From: an uncultured bacterium
GTDB taxonomy: Bacteria > Eisenbacteria > RBG-16-71-46 > CAIMUX01 > WJJG01
Length of the DNA: 64,000 nucleotides
Assembly: GCA_964612295.1 (NCBI GenBank)
Contig: CAZTDY010000005.1
Location: 70,666 to 134,665, forward strand
Direction of reading: 5' to 3'
In this document: in pieces, positions 19,510 through 29,008 of the stretch
How positions within the stretch are numbered: position 1 is the first letter of the stretch
Layout of the letters: each line of letters opens with the position of its first letter
Program-made: the position numbers and the translations under genes
The notes under the pieces: generated by a model
What the model saw: the letters and a program-made list of their open reading frames with translations, nothing else
The model's database searches: none
What the model was told of the DNA's origin: nothing

Positions 19510-20676
19510 ATGGGCGCGTCCCGGTGGACACCCCCGAAAACGCCGAGCCGAGGCGGATTCCGCCTCCGGCTGCTCCTCGCCTTCCTGATTCCGGTGGCGA
19601 TACTAGGTTGCGTTTGCGCCCTTCTCCTCGAGGCCCTCTTTGTCCGCGTGGCTCCTCCGTCGGGGATTCCGTTCGGGGCCTTTCGTCTGCTTCTGGCCGC
19701 CGGGGTCCTGCTGGCGATGGGCGTGGCGGTGGCTCTGGCCTTCCACATGGGAGACCGGTTCACCCGGCCGGTGGCCTGGCTACTGCGGGCGATCGACGCC
19801 GGCCAGGTGCGGTTGCTCAGCCAGGTTCCCCCGCCGGCGGCAGGCTGGGAACTCGGTGTGCTCTCCGAGAGGGTGCGGGTCCTTCTGCGGCAAAACCTCT
19901 CCGGGGCCACCGCCATGGAGGAACTCGAGTCGCTGCGCGACGAGATCGGCGCCGTCCTCGACGCGGCCGACACCGGGGAGCTGAATGCCGGTGAGTGGCC
20001 CGCAAATTGCTCAACCCATCCCCTCACGCGGCGTCTGCTCTCGTTTTTCAAGCTTCGCATCGAAAGAATCCGGGAGGCGGATGAAGGGGTCAGCCGGCTG
20101 CGGGGTCTTCTGGAGCAGGATTGGCGGGAGGAAACCATCGCGGTCGACGAGATCGTGACGCGCGCGGAACGGTGCCACCTGCTGCATACGCAGATCGGGG
20201 TCGAACTCCAGCGGCTCGATCGCGTTCTCGGGCGCGAACGCGAACGGCGGGTGGTGGGGGAGGATCTCCTCACCCTGCTGCGGGATCTCCGGCTGGGGAT
20301 CGATCGCTGGCAGAGCGAGGTCAAGGCCCTCCTGGGCGAGCAATGTGAAGAGGATCGCCTGATCGATTGGGAACATTGGATACGCGAAAGCCAGGTGCTG
20401 CTCAAGGAACAGGTCACCCGGGCGGCGGACGGTCGCCAGGGCGATATCGAGGATCTGACAGGTGGTCTGGAGAAGGTCTCGACGGCCCTGGCCGGGTCTG
20501 GACAGGAGGCCGGGGAGGTTTCGCGGGAGGCCGCCCAGCTCAAACGGGCGTGGGGACGTTTGGGCGAACGACTCCGGACCTTGACGGTGAGGGTCGGCGA
20601 ATTGCAGGATGGGGTACGTGGGACGAAGACTTCGCCATGGGAGGACACCAAGGGTGACGCAGCAGAGAGACAATGA
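19510..20676 (+). CDS. Membrane signalling protein: 2 TM + HAMP-like linker + coiled-coil region
   Basis: Start MGASRWTPPK at 19510. Two TM helices (LLLAFLIPVAILGCVCALLLEALF; LLLAAGVLLAMGVAVALAF) are followed by a HAMP-like segment (RPVAWLLRAIDAGQVRLLSQVPP...ELGVLSERVRVLLRQ) and long Glu/Arg/Leu-rich coiled coils. The antisense ORF 19269..20651 is judged an artefact. Confidence 0.55.
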   Translation: MGASRWTPPKTPSRGGFRLRLLLAFLIPVAILGCVCALLLEALFVRVAPPSGIPFGAFRLLLAAGVLLAMGVAVALAFHMGDRFTRPVAWLLRAIDAGQVRLLSQVPPPAAGWELGVLSERVRVLLRQNLSGATAMEELESLRDEIGAVLDAADTGELNAGEWPANCSTHPLTRRLLSFFKLRIERIREADEGVSRLRGLLEQDWREETIAVDEIVTRAERCHLLHTQIGVELQRLDRVLGRERERRVVGEDLLTLLRDLRLGIDRWQSEVKALLGEQCEEDRLIDWEHWIRESQVLLKEQVTRAADGRQGDIEDLTGGLEKVSTALAGSGQEAGEVSREAAQLKRAWGRLGERLRTLTVRVGELQDGVRGTKTSPWEDTKGDAAERQ

Positions 20677-20689
20677 CGTCCAGGACAGG

Positions 20690-22135
20690 GTGGTGCGCCT
20701 GCTAGACCTGATGGGCAAGATGATCCAGGAGGTCGGAGGGCTCGTCGAAGCGCAGAGCGCCGCCGCAGTTCCCCCGGTCCCTGCTGAGACGACCACCCCG
20801 CCCGAGGGCGCTGAGGAACCGGCGCCCCCGCCGGCCGCCCCTGAGGTTGCGGAGCCGATCCGCCCTGATCCCCCCGTCGCCGAGCCGGAGGAGAGCATCC
20901 CGCTCGAACCCACCCCGCCGGTGGCCGAGGAGCCGGACATCACCGGCGAGGATGAGATCAAAGAAGCTCTGAATGTCGAATTCGCCCATCTCTTCGGGGA
21001 AGATGAAATACGGGCCCAGACCCCATCCGAAGAGGCGCCGCCTGTGGAGGAGCCTCCGGAGGAGTCCCCGGTGGTGACCACAGATGCCCAGGCCGACGCC
21101 GTCCCCGAAATCCTCGAAGCTCCACCCCAGGAAGACCCCGCCGGGCAGCCCGTGGCAGAATCGGGCCCGCCGCCCGCCGTCCACCAGCTCTATCTGGTCT
21201 GTGAAGGGGAGCAAGGACGCCGATTGGCGATTCCCTGGGGATGGATTGTGGACACCCAGCTTTCCCAAACTGGTGCGCCAGAGGCCTTTACGCTCGTGGA
21301 TGGCGAAGACGTCCGGAAGATGAAGGTCAAGAAGGTGCGAGGCATCTGGTCGGCGAAGGAGCTCGAAGACTGGTCCGAGGATGTCCACTGGGTCACGGAC
21401 CTGAAGCAGCTCGCCCACCCCAGTCTGCTGGCCGCAATCGAGCCGGAGATCCCGGCCGCTCCGGAGCCTCCTGCCCCCCGACCTGAGCCGCAGGCCGAAG
21501 CACCCGAAATCCAGCCGGCGCACACCGTCGTGCTGCCGGAACTCCATGACGAACGCGAGGCGATGAAGGTGGTTCCGGATCCCTCTGTGATCGCCCCCCT
21601 CGAACTGGACTCGATGGACCAGACCCTGGCGGAGCCCGAAGAGGAGCCGTTCCAGGAGGATGCTGAAGGTCAACCTCCTACTGTATGGGTCGTTTCGCCG
21701 TCCGCCCTGGCCCGCAGGTTCCTGATGCGCCATCTGGATGAAACTGGAATCGAAGTGCATGAAGCACGAGATCTTGATGATCCCCTTCTCCCGGCCGATC
21801 TAGAGGGTGCAGGGGCTCTCTTTCTGGATGAGAGCCTCCAGGAGCACTGGAGTGCCCACCCGATGGCGACCACGATCCGGGTCCCCTTGGTTCTGCTGAC
21901 CGTGGACGGAAACCTCCGGGTACCGGCCGCGGGTGTCCACTCCACTGAGGGAGCAGCCCTTCCCAGACCGTTCGAGCGCTCGGAGGTCGAAACGGTCGTG
22001 ACCTGGCTGCGGTCCCTCTGGGATCTGGACTCGGCAGGGGGTAACGGCGCTCATGGAGACTCGCAAAACGACACTTGGCTCTTTGCAGACCCCTTCGGGA
22101 ACGCAGACGCGGGAAAACGTCCTGGTGGTAGATGA
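20690..22135 (+). CDS. Hypothetical signalling adaptor: acidic Pro/Glu-rich N-terminal region, a central region weakly resembling a CheW-like domain, and a C-terminal receiver-like (pseudo-REC) domain
   Basis: The start is uncertain: GTG 20690, or ATG 20711 (MGKMIQEV). The long PxxP/E-rich low-complexity segment resembles FimV/CheA linker regions. The C-terminal VWVVSPSALARRFLMRHLDETGIEVHEARDLDD…ALFLDES resembles a receiver fold. Confidence 0.4.
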   Translation: MVRLLDLMGKMIQEVGGLVEAQSAAAVPPVPAETTTPPEGAEEPAPPPAAPEVAEPIRPDPPVAEPEESIPLEPTPPVAEEPDITGEDEIKEALNVEFAHLFGEDEIRAQTPSEEAPPVEEPPEESPVVTTDAQADAVPEILEAPPQEDPAGQPVAESGPPPAVHQLYLVCEGEQGRRLAIPWGWIVDTQLSQTGAPEAFTLVDGEDVRKMKVKKVRGIWSAKELEDWSEDVHWVTDLKQLAHPSLLAAIEPEIPAAPEPPAPRPEPQAEAPEIQPAHTVVLPELHDEREAMKVVPDPSVIAPLELDSMDQTLAEPEEEPFQEDAEGQPPTVWVVSPSALARRFLMRHLDETGIEVHEARDLDDPLLPADLEGAGALFLDESLQEHWSAHPMATTIRVPLVLLTVDGNLRVPAAGVHSTEGAALPRPFERSEVETVVTWLRSLWDLDSAGGNGAHGDSQNDTWLFADPFGNADAGKRPGGR

Positions 22136-23648
22136 TGACGTTCGCGTCATCGAGCTTCTTCAAATCACCCTCTCGGGTCGCGGCTACTCTGTTCACACCG
22201 CCTTCGACGGCCACAGCGCGGTCGAACAGATCGAAAAGCGGAAGCCCGACATGGTGGTCCTCGACGTGCGGCTCCCGCGAAAGAGCGGCTTCCAGGTTCT
22301 GGAGGAGATCCGCTCCGACCCAGATCGGGCGCAACTGCCCGTCATCCTGATCTCCGGGAATCCATCGAATGAGACCCGCATTCAGGGCCTGCGCCTGGGC
22401 GCGGATGACTTTCTGATCAAGCCGTTTTCACCCCGCGAACTCATCATGAAGATTCGCCGCATCCTCGATCGGGTCGGGGATCAGAAGATCCTGCAGACCC
22501 GCAATCTGGCCCTCGAGGACGAGGTGGCCCGACAGCGCGAGCAGCTGCTGCAGACCCACGCCGACATGCACGCGAACCTGATGCGGATCGGCACGGTCCT
22601 GCAGCGGGTCGAGCAGATCAATGACCGCAGCAGTCTCCTGAAGGTGATGGAAGGCTTCGTCCGGGCGATCATCTCCGATGTTGGCGTGGATTCGGTTTGC
22701 CTCTTCACCCGGGATATCCACAGCCGGCGGTTTCGACCGGAGGTCTGGCGCGGCCTGTCGGGGTCGGCGGTCCTCAATCTTGTTGTTGAGGGAGAGGGAT
22801 TCCTGGCGCAGGTGCTCACCCTGGAAGCCCGCACGATGGGATTGGATGAATTCGAAGACTACCCCCGCGCCTCCGAGGAGCTGATGAAGCTCTCCGCGGC
22901 CGGGTTCACCCACCTGACCCCGGTCAAGTTGGCCGGCGAGATGATCGCCCTGATCGCCGGTGGCGACAAACTCGGGGGACACACCCTCGAGCCGATCGAC
23001 ATTCACCTCCTCTCGGTCCTGGCGCGGGCGGCCGCAGCCTCGATCAAGAACGCGGAGATGCTCGACGAGTCACGCCGCTCCTTCGTGGACACCTCCGCCG
23101 AGTTGATTCGGCTGATCGAGGATCGCTACGACAGCGTCCGGGGACACTCCGAGCGCGTTCACGATCTGTCCCTGGGGATCGCCGGCGAGATGGATCTGGG
23201 CCGGCGGGAACGGCAGACGATTGCCCATGCCGCCAGGCTCCACGACCTGGGGGCGCTCAACGAGTATGAGACCCTCTTCGTGGGGGAGACCACCCTCGAC
23301 GACGATCAGCGCAAGGCGCTCCGCCGAAAAGCCTCGGAGGGTGTGCAGCAACTGCTCGACCGCACCCACATGCCGGAAGTGGCCGAAGCCGTCATGCACG
23401 TCAACGAATACTGGGACGGCAGCGGGCTTCCCGACGGGCTGGCCGAGGAGTCGATTCCACTGGCCTCACGCGTGGTGGCCGTCGCCAACGCCTATGATGC
23501 GCTGGTCCACGATCGTCCCCACCGGCAGGCTTATCCGCATGAGGCCGCGCTGAAACTCATCGATGAACGTGGGGGTCACCAATTCGATCCGCAGGTGGTT
23601 GCGTGCCTGGCGAAGGCCCTGGCCCGCGCCGAGGCGCCGGTCGACTAG
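22053..23648 (+). CDS. Response regulator with GAF and HD-GYP (c-di-GMP phosphodiesterase-type) domains
   Basis: REC (NVLVVDDDVRVIELL…MVVLDVRLPRKSGFQVLEEIR…ADDFLIKPF), a central GAF-like region, then HD-GYP (GHSERVHDLSLGIAGEM…ARLHDLGAL…HVNEYWDGSGLPDGL). The ATG at 22053 overlaps the upstream gene by 83 nt, so the true start may be the in-frame TTG at 22083. Confidence 0.8.
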   Translation: METRKTTLGSLQTPSGTQTRENVLVVDDDVRVIELLQITLSGRGYSVHTAFDGHSAVEQIEKRKPDMVVLDVRLPRKSGFQVLEEIRSDPDRAQLPVILISGNPSNETRIQGLRLGADDFLIKPFSPRELIMKIRRILDRVGDQKILQTRNLALEDEVARQREQLLQTHADMHANLMRIGTVLQRVEQINDRSSLLKVMEGFVRAIISDVGVDSVCLFTRDIHSRRFRPEVWRGLSGSAVLNLVVEGEGFLAQVLTLEARTMGLDEFEDYPRASEELMKLSAAGFTHLTPVKLAGEMIALIAGGDKLGGHTLEPIDIHLLSVLARAAAASIKNAEMLDESRRSFVDTSAELIRLIEDRYDSVRGHSERVHDLSLGIAGEMDLGRRERQTIAHAARLHDLGALNEYETLFVGETTLDDDQRKALRRKASEGVQQLLDRTHMPEVAEAVMHVNEYWDGSGLPDGLAEESIPLASRVVAVANAYDALVHDRPHRQAYPHEAALKLIDERGGHQFDPQVVACLAKALARAEAPVD

Positions 23649-25327
23649 TCCCGGTGCAGACCGACGATCTGCGGGCCCTGCCGCGAGTCGAAGTAGATGT
23701 GCACGTCGGTCCGGCCCGGCAGCCATTTCCCCAGATGCGAGTAGGCGCGGACCTCGGCCACGGCGTAGCGCTGCGGGTCGTGGCGGTGCAGGTGCACAGG
23801 CGGAATGAAGGCGGTAAGATCGAAGTGCCGGTAGTGTCCCCCACGAGACTGCTGCCCGAGTTTCCCACCGAAGTCCGGTAGCCGGAAGATCATGCTGTAC
23901 TGAACATCGTCGGGATGGGACACACCCGCCAGCACCCCCAGATCCTCGAACGCCAGCATCCAGCGCCCCGGGGTCGGACTCTGAATCTCGAACCTGTCGG
24001 CCGCCGTGGATCCACCCAGGTAGGCGGCTGCAATGCGGTCACGCCGTTGGGCCAAGGTCCCGGTGAGATAGGTGGCGGCGGCGGGATCGCTGAGGCGTCC
24101 GGCGGACACCGCGGCGGCGATCTGTTCATCCGTGAAGCCGGCGACGATCTTGGCCGCCCAGAACGCGTCCGCCCAACCTGTGTTGACGAACGGCTCGAAC
24201 CGGTAGGCCGGTGTCCAACCGGCGGGGTCGAACCCGCGGGCCTCGAAGGATCCCACGCCCACAAATCGCTGCTCGGCGGGGCGATCCTGATAGGCCGGTC
24301 CGAAGCCTAGTTTGAAGATGTTCCTGAACCAGCGGCCCATTTCCCAGTACGACTCCTGTCCCTCGGTTCCGAAGGGGTGGGGAGCCTGCAGCCGCGCGCC
24401 CAGACTCAGGCCCAGGCCGGCCAGGTGATGGCGCAGGTAGTCGCCCTCGCTGAGCCACACGTCGAGAGTGCGGTCGCTGCGCATGCGGGTCAGATCGATC
24501 CAGCTGCAGAAGACCTTGAGCCCGCGCAGCGAGCGGCGGTGTTCGTGCGGAATCCGATCGTTCGGGTCGTCGCCGCGCGTGCCCTTGCCGGCGAAACCGC
24601 CCTTTGAGATGCCGCCGGGAAGCCGGCAGGCCGCCGCCCTGAGCGGCGCATCGCCGGAGTCGAGCCGCTCGAGCAGCTTGGCGAGATCTCGCGAGCGAAG
24701 ATCGGCTTTGCCGCCGAATTCGCCGAACTTGCGCGCGCCTACGGCGACCTCGAGGTCCGCAGGATCGACGTCGGTGACAAAACTCTCCAAGACGTGGTAG
24801 CCGGCAGCATAGAGCAGCCGGCCCGCGATCACCGTGGCGGCGGTGCGCATCTGCGGATATTGAGGATCATCGAAGACGAGAATGCACTGCCGCCCGGTCG
24901 TCTCTTCGATCACCACAAACGGCTCTTTCCCATCGACCCGGGCCGCAACGACCGGCAGAGACCCGGCGGTGCGAAGCACCCCGCTGACCACCGGTCCCCG
25001 TCCGACGACGTCCGGGGGCATCGTACGGGTGCCCATCCGCGGCGTGAACCAGGAGGAGGCCGGGACCTCTTCGGCGCTGTTCACATCCTGGGCTAGGGCC
25101 GGGCGCCGCAATCCAAGCAGGTCGTGCATGGGCCTGAGCCAGTAGCCGTCGATGAAGCCGTGGTAGCGGTTCTCTCCCCGCAACCCCGGCTCCGGAATCG
25201 GCTGCGTATCGAGGACCGTCCACACGGGTTCGTCGGTCGTGAAGCGGAGGGAGGTCGCGGCCGCACCGTCATGGACCAGGCCAAGCCCTGCGATAGCCAC
25301 GAGCGCCCAGAGGGCAGGAGATCTCAT
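23645..25327 (-). CDS. Secreted hypothetical protein (560 aa), translationally coupled to upstream Omp85-like barrel gene
   Basis: Signal peptide MRSPALWALVAIAGLGLVHDGAAA. Its start overlaps the stop of the 25324..26694 gene in an ATGA arrangement. No recognised catalytic motif. Confidence 0.6.
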   Translation of the reverse strand: MRSPALWALVAIAGLGLVHDGAAATSLRFTTDEPVWTVLDTQPIPEPGLRGENRYHGFIDGYWLRPMHDLLGLRRPALAQDVNSAEEVPASSWFTPRMGTRTMPPDVVGRGPVVSGVLRTAGSLPVVAARVDGKEPFVVIEETTGRQCILVFDDPQYPQMRTAATVIAGRLLYAAGYHVLESFVTDVDPADLEVAVGARKFGEFGGKADLRSRDLAKLLERLDSGDAPLRAAACRLPGGISKGGFAGKGTRGDDPNDRIPHEHRRSLRGLKVFCSWIDLTRMRSDRTLDVWLSEGDYLRHHLAGLGLSLGARLQAPHPFGTEGQESYWEMGRWFRNIFKLGFGPAYQDRPAEQRFVGVGSFEARGFDPAGWTPAYRFEPFVNTGWADAFWAAKIVAGFTDEQIAAAVSAGRLSDPAAATYLTGTLAQRRDRIAAAYLGGSTAADRFEIQSPTPGRWMLAFEDLGVLAGVSHPDDVQYSMIFRLPDFGGKLGQQSRGGHYRHFDLTAFIPPVHLHRHDPQRYAVAEVRAYSHLGKWLPGRTDVHIYFDSRQGPQIVGLHRD

Positions 25328-26694
25328 CGGCGATCCCTCCTGTCCTCGCGCTGGAACGCGGATTCGAGCGTGCCGAAGATCATCAGGTCCTCATCACTGC
25401 GGGCTGCCTGCAGACGGAACCAGAACTTCTCGTGAGTGGCAATGCGGAGGCCGGCGCCAAAGGACCGGTGGAGGTCCTCGAAGTCGACGTCCAGCAGCCG
25501 CGGCAATACCTTGCCGAAGTCGGCGAACAGCGTGATCTCCGCAAAGGGACTGATCGCGTAGCGATACTCTCCGGTCGCGAACACGGCGGCCTGATCGCGA
25601 TAACGATCCTCCAGATACCCACGCAGGGTGCTGCGTCCGCCGAGGGTGGGGAGCTCGGTGATCTTGATCGGGAGGGCGCCCCCGGTTCGCGCCTCCTCAC
25701 CCGCCACCCGCAGCACGAGCACGCGGCTGCCGCCGAGCGAGATGTAACTCTGGGCCTCGCCTCCATAGCGCACGTAGTTGACCGCATCCGGTCCGCTGCC
25801 CTTGTAGTAGCCGAAGAACCCCTCGCCCCAGAAACCGGACGTGGGCCGTCCGCGGTGATTGCGCAGGTCGATCGTCAGGGCCACCTCGCCCGACATGTTC
25901 TGCGGGTTGACGTACAAGCCCGGCGCCATCGACTCGCTGTGGAAGATCTGTTCAATGCTCTTTTCGTCACCCTCGACGTAGGCCCCGCGCGAGATCTGGT
26001 GCCGCTGCATCGCGGCGGTCAGATGCCAACGCATCCAGGGCTTGGGGGCGTAGCCGAACTTGCCCAGCAGGAGGTAGCGTTCATCGGTGTAGAACGTGCG
26101 GTTCGCGTAGAGGCTCACGTTGCCGATGCCGAAATAGTGGTGATCGGGGATGATCTCGTACTTGCCCGTGAGCCGATAGGTCCACTTGCTCAGCTCTAAG
26201 TCCCGGCTGCGGAAGGTCATGGCGGCGATATACCGTTTCGTCCCTCCCCAGGCGGCCCGGTAGGTGACACACCCGCCCCCGTGGAGCGGATTCCCGTGGC
26301 TCGCGCGAAATCCGGCATTCAGGCCGGGGTCAGGATCGAGCCCCACGACGGGAATGAAGTAACGGTTGTTGCGAAGGCCGCGCGCCGTGCGATCGATGAG
26401 CCCCGAGGACGAGGTGATCCCCACGATCGTCCTGACCGGATAGGTGCCCGCGGTGACCAGGATGCGGGCGGGGTAGAGGATCAGTCGCGGGAACAGCAGC
26501 GCGGCTCGCTCGCCCCCTTTGCCGGAGGTCTTCTCGTAACCTCGGGCGCCGTTGGGGCGATTCGGATCCGCAGCGTCCTCATCGGCCGCTGAGGGGGCGA
26601 TGAGTCCAAGTAACAGGCAGCAAAAAACCACGCCCCAACCCAGGCCGAATGCTGCACCCGGGCTTCGGCGAGGCTGCTTCATCACGCGCCGCAT
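25324..26694 (-). CDS. Omp85-superfamily outer-membrane beta-barrel protein (barrel-only, no obvious POTRA)
   Basis: Start MRRVMKQPRRSPGAAFGLGWGVVFCCLLLGLIAPSAA at 26694; the longer ORF to 26943 lacks a signal peptide. Omp85 motif LPTLGGRSTLRGY; beta-strand-rich. Confidence 0.65.
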   Translation of the reverse strand: MRRVMKQPRRSPGAAFGLGWGVVFCCLLLGLIAPSAADEDAADPNRPNGARGYEKTSGKGGERAALLFPRLILYPARILVTAGTYPVRTIVGITSSSGLIDRTARGLRNNRYFIPVVGLDPDPGLNAGFRASHGNPLHGGGCVTYRAAWGGTKRYIAAMTFRSRDLELSKWTYRLTGKYEIIPDHHYFGIGNVSLYANRTFYTDERYLLLGKFGYAPKPWMRWHLTAAMQRHQISRGAYVEGDEKSIEQIFHSESMAPGLYVNPQNMSGEVALTIDLRNHRGRPTSGFWGEGFFGYYKGSGPDAVNYVRYGGEAQSYISLGGSRVLVLRVAGEEARTGGALPIKITELPTLGGRSTLRGYLEDRYRDQAAVFATGEYRYAISPFAEITLFADFGKVLPRLLDVDFEDLHRSFGAGLRIATHEKFWFRLQAARSDEDLMIFGTLESAFQREDRRDRR

Positions 26695-27157
26695 CCATGC
26701 GGGCCATCTAGTCGGCCGGTGGGATCTGTATCCCCGGCCTTTCCCGAAGGTCAGGGATGGACCCACAGGTCCACCCACCTTCCTTTCTGTCACGATGCCT
26801 CCCATGGTTCGTCCCTTAGCTCCCTGGACGACCAACATGAGTAGGGGCAGTCTACAGATCACACCGAAGGGTGCAAGTGTCCCTCTTGCACGGATTCGAA
26901 GCTCCGGTGCCGGGCACGGAGATGCGACGACCACATCGCGCAAGCTCGCATTATGCGCCCGCTCTTACCAGATAACCATCGGCCATTGAGGAACGGTCCC
27001 TTTGCCTGGCGCAATTTGACCAGGCGACCACTGCTGGGGTGGATGAGCCTGCCTCCGGCGCCGATTCCCTGTCTTGGAGGGCAGATTGAACACCGGCTGC
27101 GCTTACGGCTCGCATCGCCATTTCCACCCGGGGTTCGACGCCAAATCCGTAAACAGG

Positions 27158-27201
27158 GCCCGGCTCACCTAATTGTCAAACATCTAAGCAGCCGGGCCCT
27201 G
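27158..27201 (-). terminator. Rho-independent terminator candidate for the aldolase-like gene
   Basis: Inverted repeat CAGGGCCCGGCT…AGCCGGGCCCTG (12-bp stem, ~20-nt loop) immediately 3' of the minus-strand stop at 27204, followed on the transcript by UUUACGGAUUU. Confidence 0.45.
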
Positions 27202-27203
27202 CT

Positions 27204-28007
27204 CTAACCTCCCCCTTTGGACAACCCCGAGAGCATCCTGATCCCGATTTCCGCGGCCGCCTCCACACACAGGCCGAGGTCGAGGGTTTCCCGCAGGTCG
27301 CCACCCCAGATGATCATCCCATGGAACGGACAAACCAGTATCCGATAATTCTTTACGGCTTCGGCGCATCGGCTGGCCAGTGCCCGGCTGGCAGGCGGCT
27401 CGGGCTGCAATACCGTCATCGTTTCAGGTAGGACCGTGGCCTCGGGGGTGAGCGATCCCAGAAAGCCGGCCAGGTGGGGAGGGGAACAGACCTCCAGAGG
27501 GTCGACCCGCGCCCGCGAGAGGGCGGGCCCCTTCTGCCCGAGGTGTGTAAGTGCAATTAGGTAAGGAGGATGCATGTGTAGGACGGTACAGTCCTGCTCG
27601 GCTTGCTCCTGGATGGCCGCGTGGATGGCGAGATGGACCTCCAGATCACCGGCCGGCGGACCATCGGTCACCCAGAGGAAATCGCCGGTCGAACTCAGCT
27701 GAGTGAGACAGAGTTCATCGGCGGGCGAGGAGGCCAGATCGTCCATGCGACACGTGTCGCGGGTCAGCACCAGGCTTCGTCCGCCCAGCGAGGCGAGCGG
27801 CAGCCCGAGCGACGCGGGCTGGGCTCCGGAAGACTCGGGATCCGGTTGTCCCTTCGTCTGAAGCGGGAGGAGAACCGAGCAGTTGCCGCTCGTGGGTGTG
27901 CCCCAACGTCGCGGCGCGAGCTGATTGGCGACGTAGGCGATGTCATCCAGGACCGCAGGCGGTACGCCTTGCAGCCACCTCGGCTCGTGATGGAACGGGT
28001 TCGGCAT
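27204..28007 (-). CDS. Class II aldolase/adducin-family protein (fuculose-phosphate aldolase / MTRu-1-P dehydratase-like)
   Basis: Start MPNPFHHEPRW at 28007. Metal-binding His cluster (…VLHMHPPYLIALTHLG…) and a class-II aldolase fold pattern. Confidence 0.6.
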   Translation of the reverse strand: MPNPFHHEPRWLQGVPPAVLDDIAYVANQLAPRRWGTPTSGNCSVLLPLQTKGQPDPESSGAQPASLGLPLASLGGRSLVLTRDTCRMDDLASSPADELCLTQLSSTGDFLWVTDGPPAGDLEVHLAIHAAIQEQAEQDCTVLHMHPPYLIALTHLGQKGPALSRARVDPLEVCSPPHLAGFLGSLTPEATVLPETMTVLQPEPPASRALASRCAEAVKNYRILVCPFHGMIIWGGDLRETLDLGLCVEAAAEIGIRMLSGLSKGGG

Positions 28008-28242
28008 GGTCGGTCTGCGCGCCTCCCCAAGGTCTTCTGCTCTGTTGCCGGATGGCCCCAATGAGTTCGCCCGCGTCATCTTAGTGCTCTCCGTGCCCGG
28101 ATGCCACCCCGGGCAATCTCCCCCTGACCGGGGGGCGGACGTTCTGCGATTGATGTCGGTCCGGCCCCTCGACTAGACTGGTTGGCCACCTGGCCCCTCG
28201 ACAGCGAGGGACCTGAGCAGATCGGATCCGGAGGGAGTCTGA

Positions 28243-28974
28243 GTGAAACGGAAAACACCCCCAGCGCCGGAAAACGTCCCCCAGCACATCGTGCTGATTC
28301 CGGATGGAAATGGACGTTGGGCTCAAGAGCGTAGCCTCCCGGTCGCGGAAGGGCATCGGCGCGGAGCGAAAGCGGTCGAGGCGTTTCTGAAGGTCTGTCG
28401 CGATTGGGACGTTCCCTACGCCACGATCTGGGGGTTCTCGACCGAGAATTGGAAGCGTTCCGGGGCGGAGATCGGCGCCATCATGAAGCTGGTCGAAGGT
28501 GCGCTGCGCCGGAACCGGAAGAACTTCGCGCGCGATGGGATTCGTTTCATCCATCTGGGCCGGCGTGACCGGCTCGCCGAGCAGTTTCCGCGCCTCCATT
28601 CTCTGCTGCTCGATCTGGCCGATGAAACGGCCGGAAACGAGCCCTTCACGCTGAACCTGGCGCTCGACTACGGCGGACGGGACGAGATCGTCCGGGCCGC
28701 CCGAAGACTGATGACCAGTGGTCGGGTGGCGGAGGAGGTCGACTGGACGGATCTGGCCGCACTCCTGGATACGGCCGGGCAGCCCGATCCCGATCTGGTC
28801 ATTCGAACCTCCGGGGAACATCGCCTCTCGGGCATTCTGCCGCTGCAGGCGGCCTATGCGGAGATGATCTTCCTTCCGGACTTTCTGCCGGGGCTCTCCG
28901 AGGACAACTTCAGGGAGGCGATTCGCGAATTTGCCCGCCGCGATAGACGTTTCGGGCAGCGGCCCACCGCGTGA
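28243..28974 (+). CDS. uppS: Undecaprenyl-diphosphate synthase (cis-isoprenyl transferase)
   Basis: GTG start with an upstream GGAGGG. Motifs HIVLIPDGNGRWA, ATIWGFSTENWKR, ALDYGGRDEIV and RTSGEHRLSGILPLQAAYAEMIF. Confidence 0.9.
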   Translation: MKRKTPPAPENVPQHIVLIPDGNGRWAQERSLPVAEGHRRGAKAVEAFLKVCRDWDVPYATIWGFSTENWKRSGAEIGAIMKLVEGALRRNRKNFARDGIRFIHLGRRDRLAEQFPRLHSLLLDLADETAGNEPFTLNLALDYGGRDEIVRAARRLMTSGRVAEEVDWTDLAALLDTAGQPDPDLVIRTSGEHRLSGILPLQAAYAEMIFLPDFLPGLSEDNFREAIREFARRDRRFGQRPTA

Positions 28975-29008
28975 CCGCCAGCCCCTACCAATGGAATGAG
29001 GTCCCTCG

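Noticed and set aside
19269-20651. 460-aa minus-strand ORF mirroring the 19294..20676 plus-strand ORF
   Set aside because: The plus-strand frame encodes TM helices plus a HAMP-like region with a sensible internal ATG at 19510. The minus-strand product is Ser/Arg/Pro-rich without structure. The upstream part of the plus ORF (19294..19509) is also likely non-coding.
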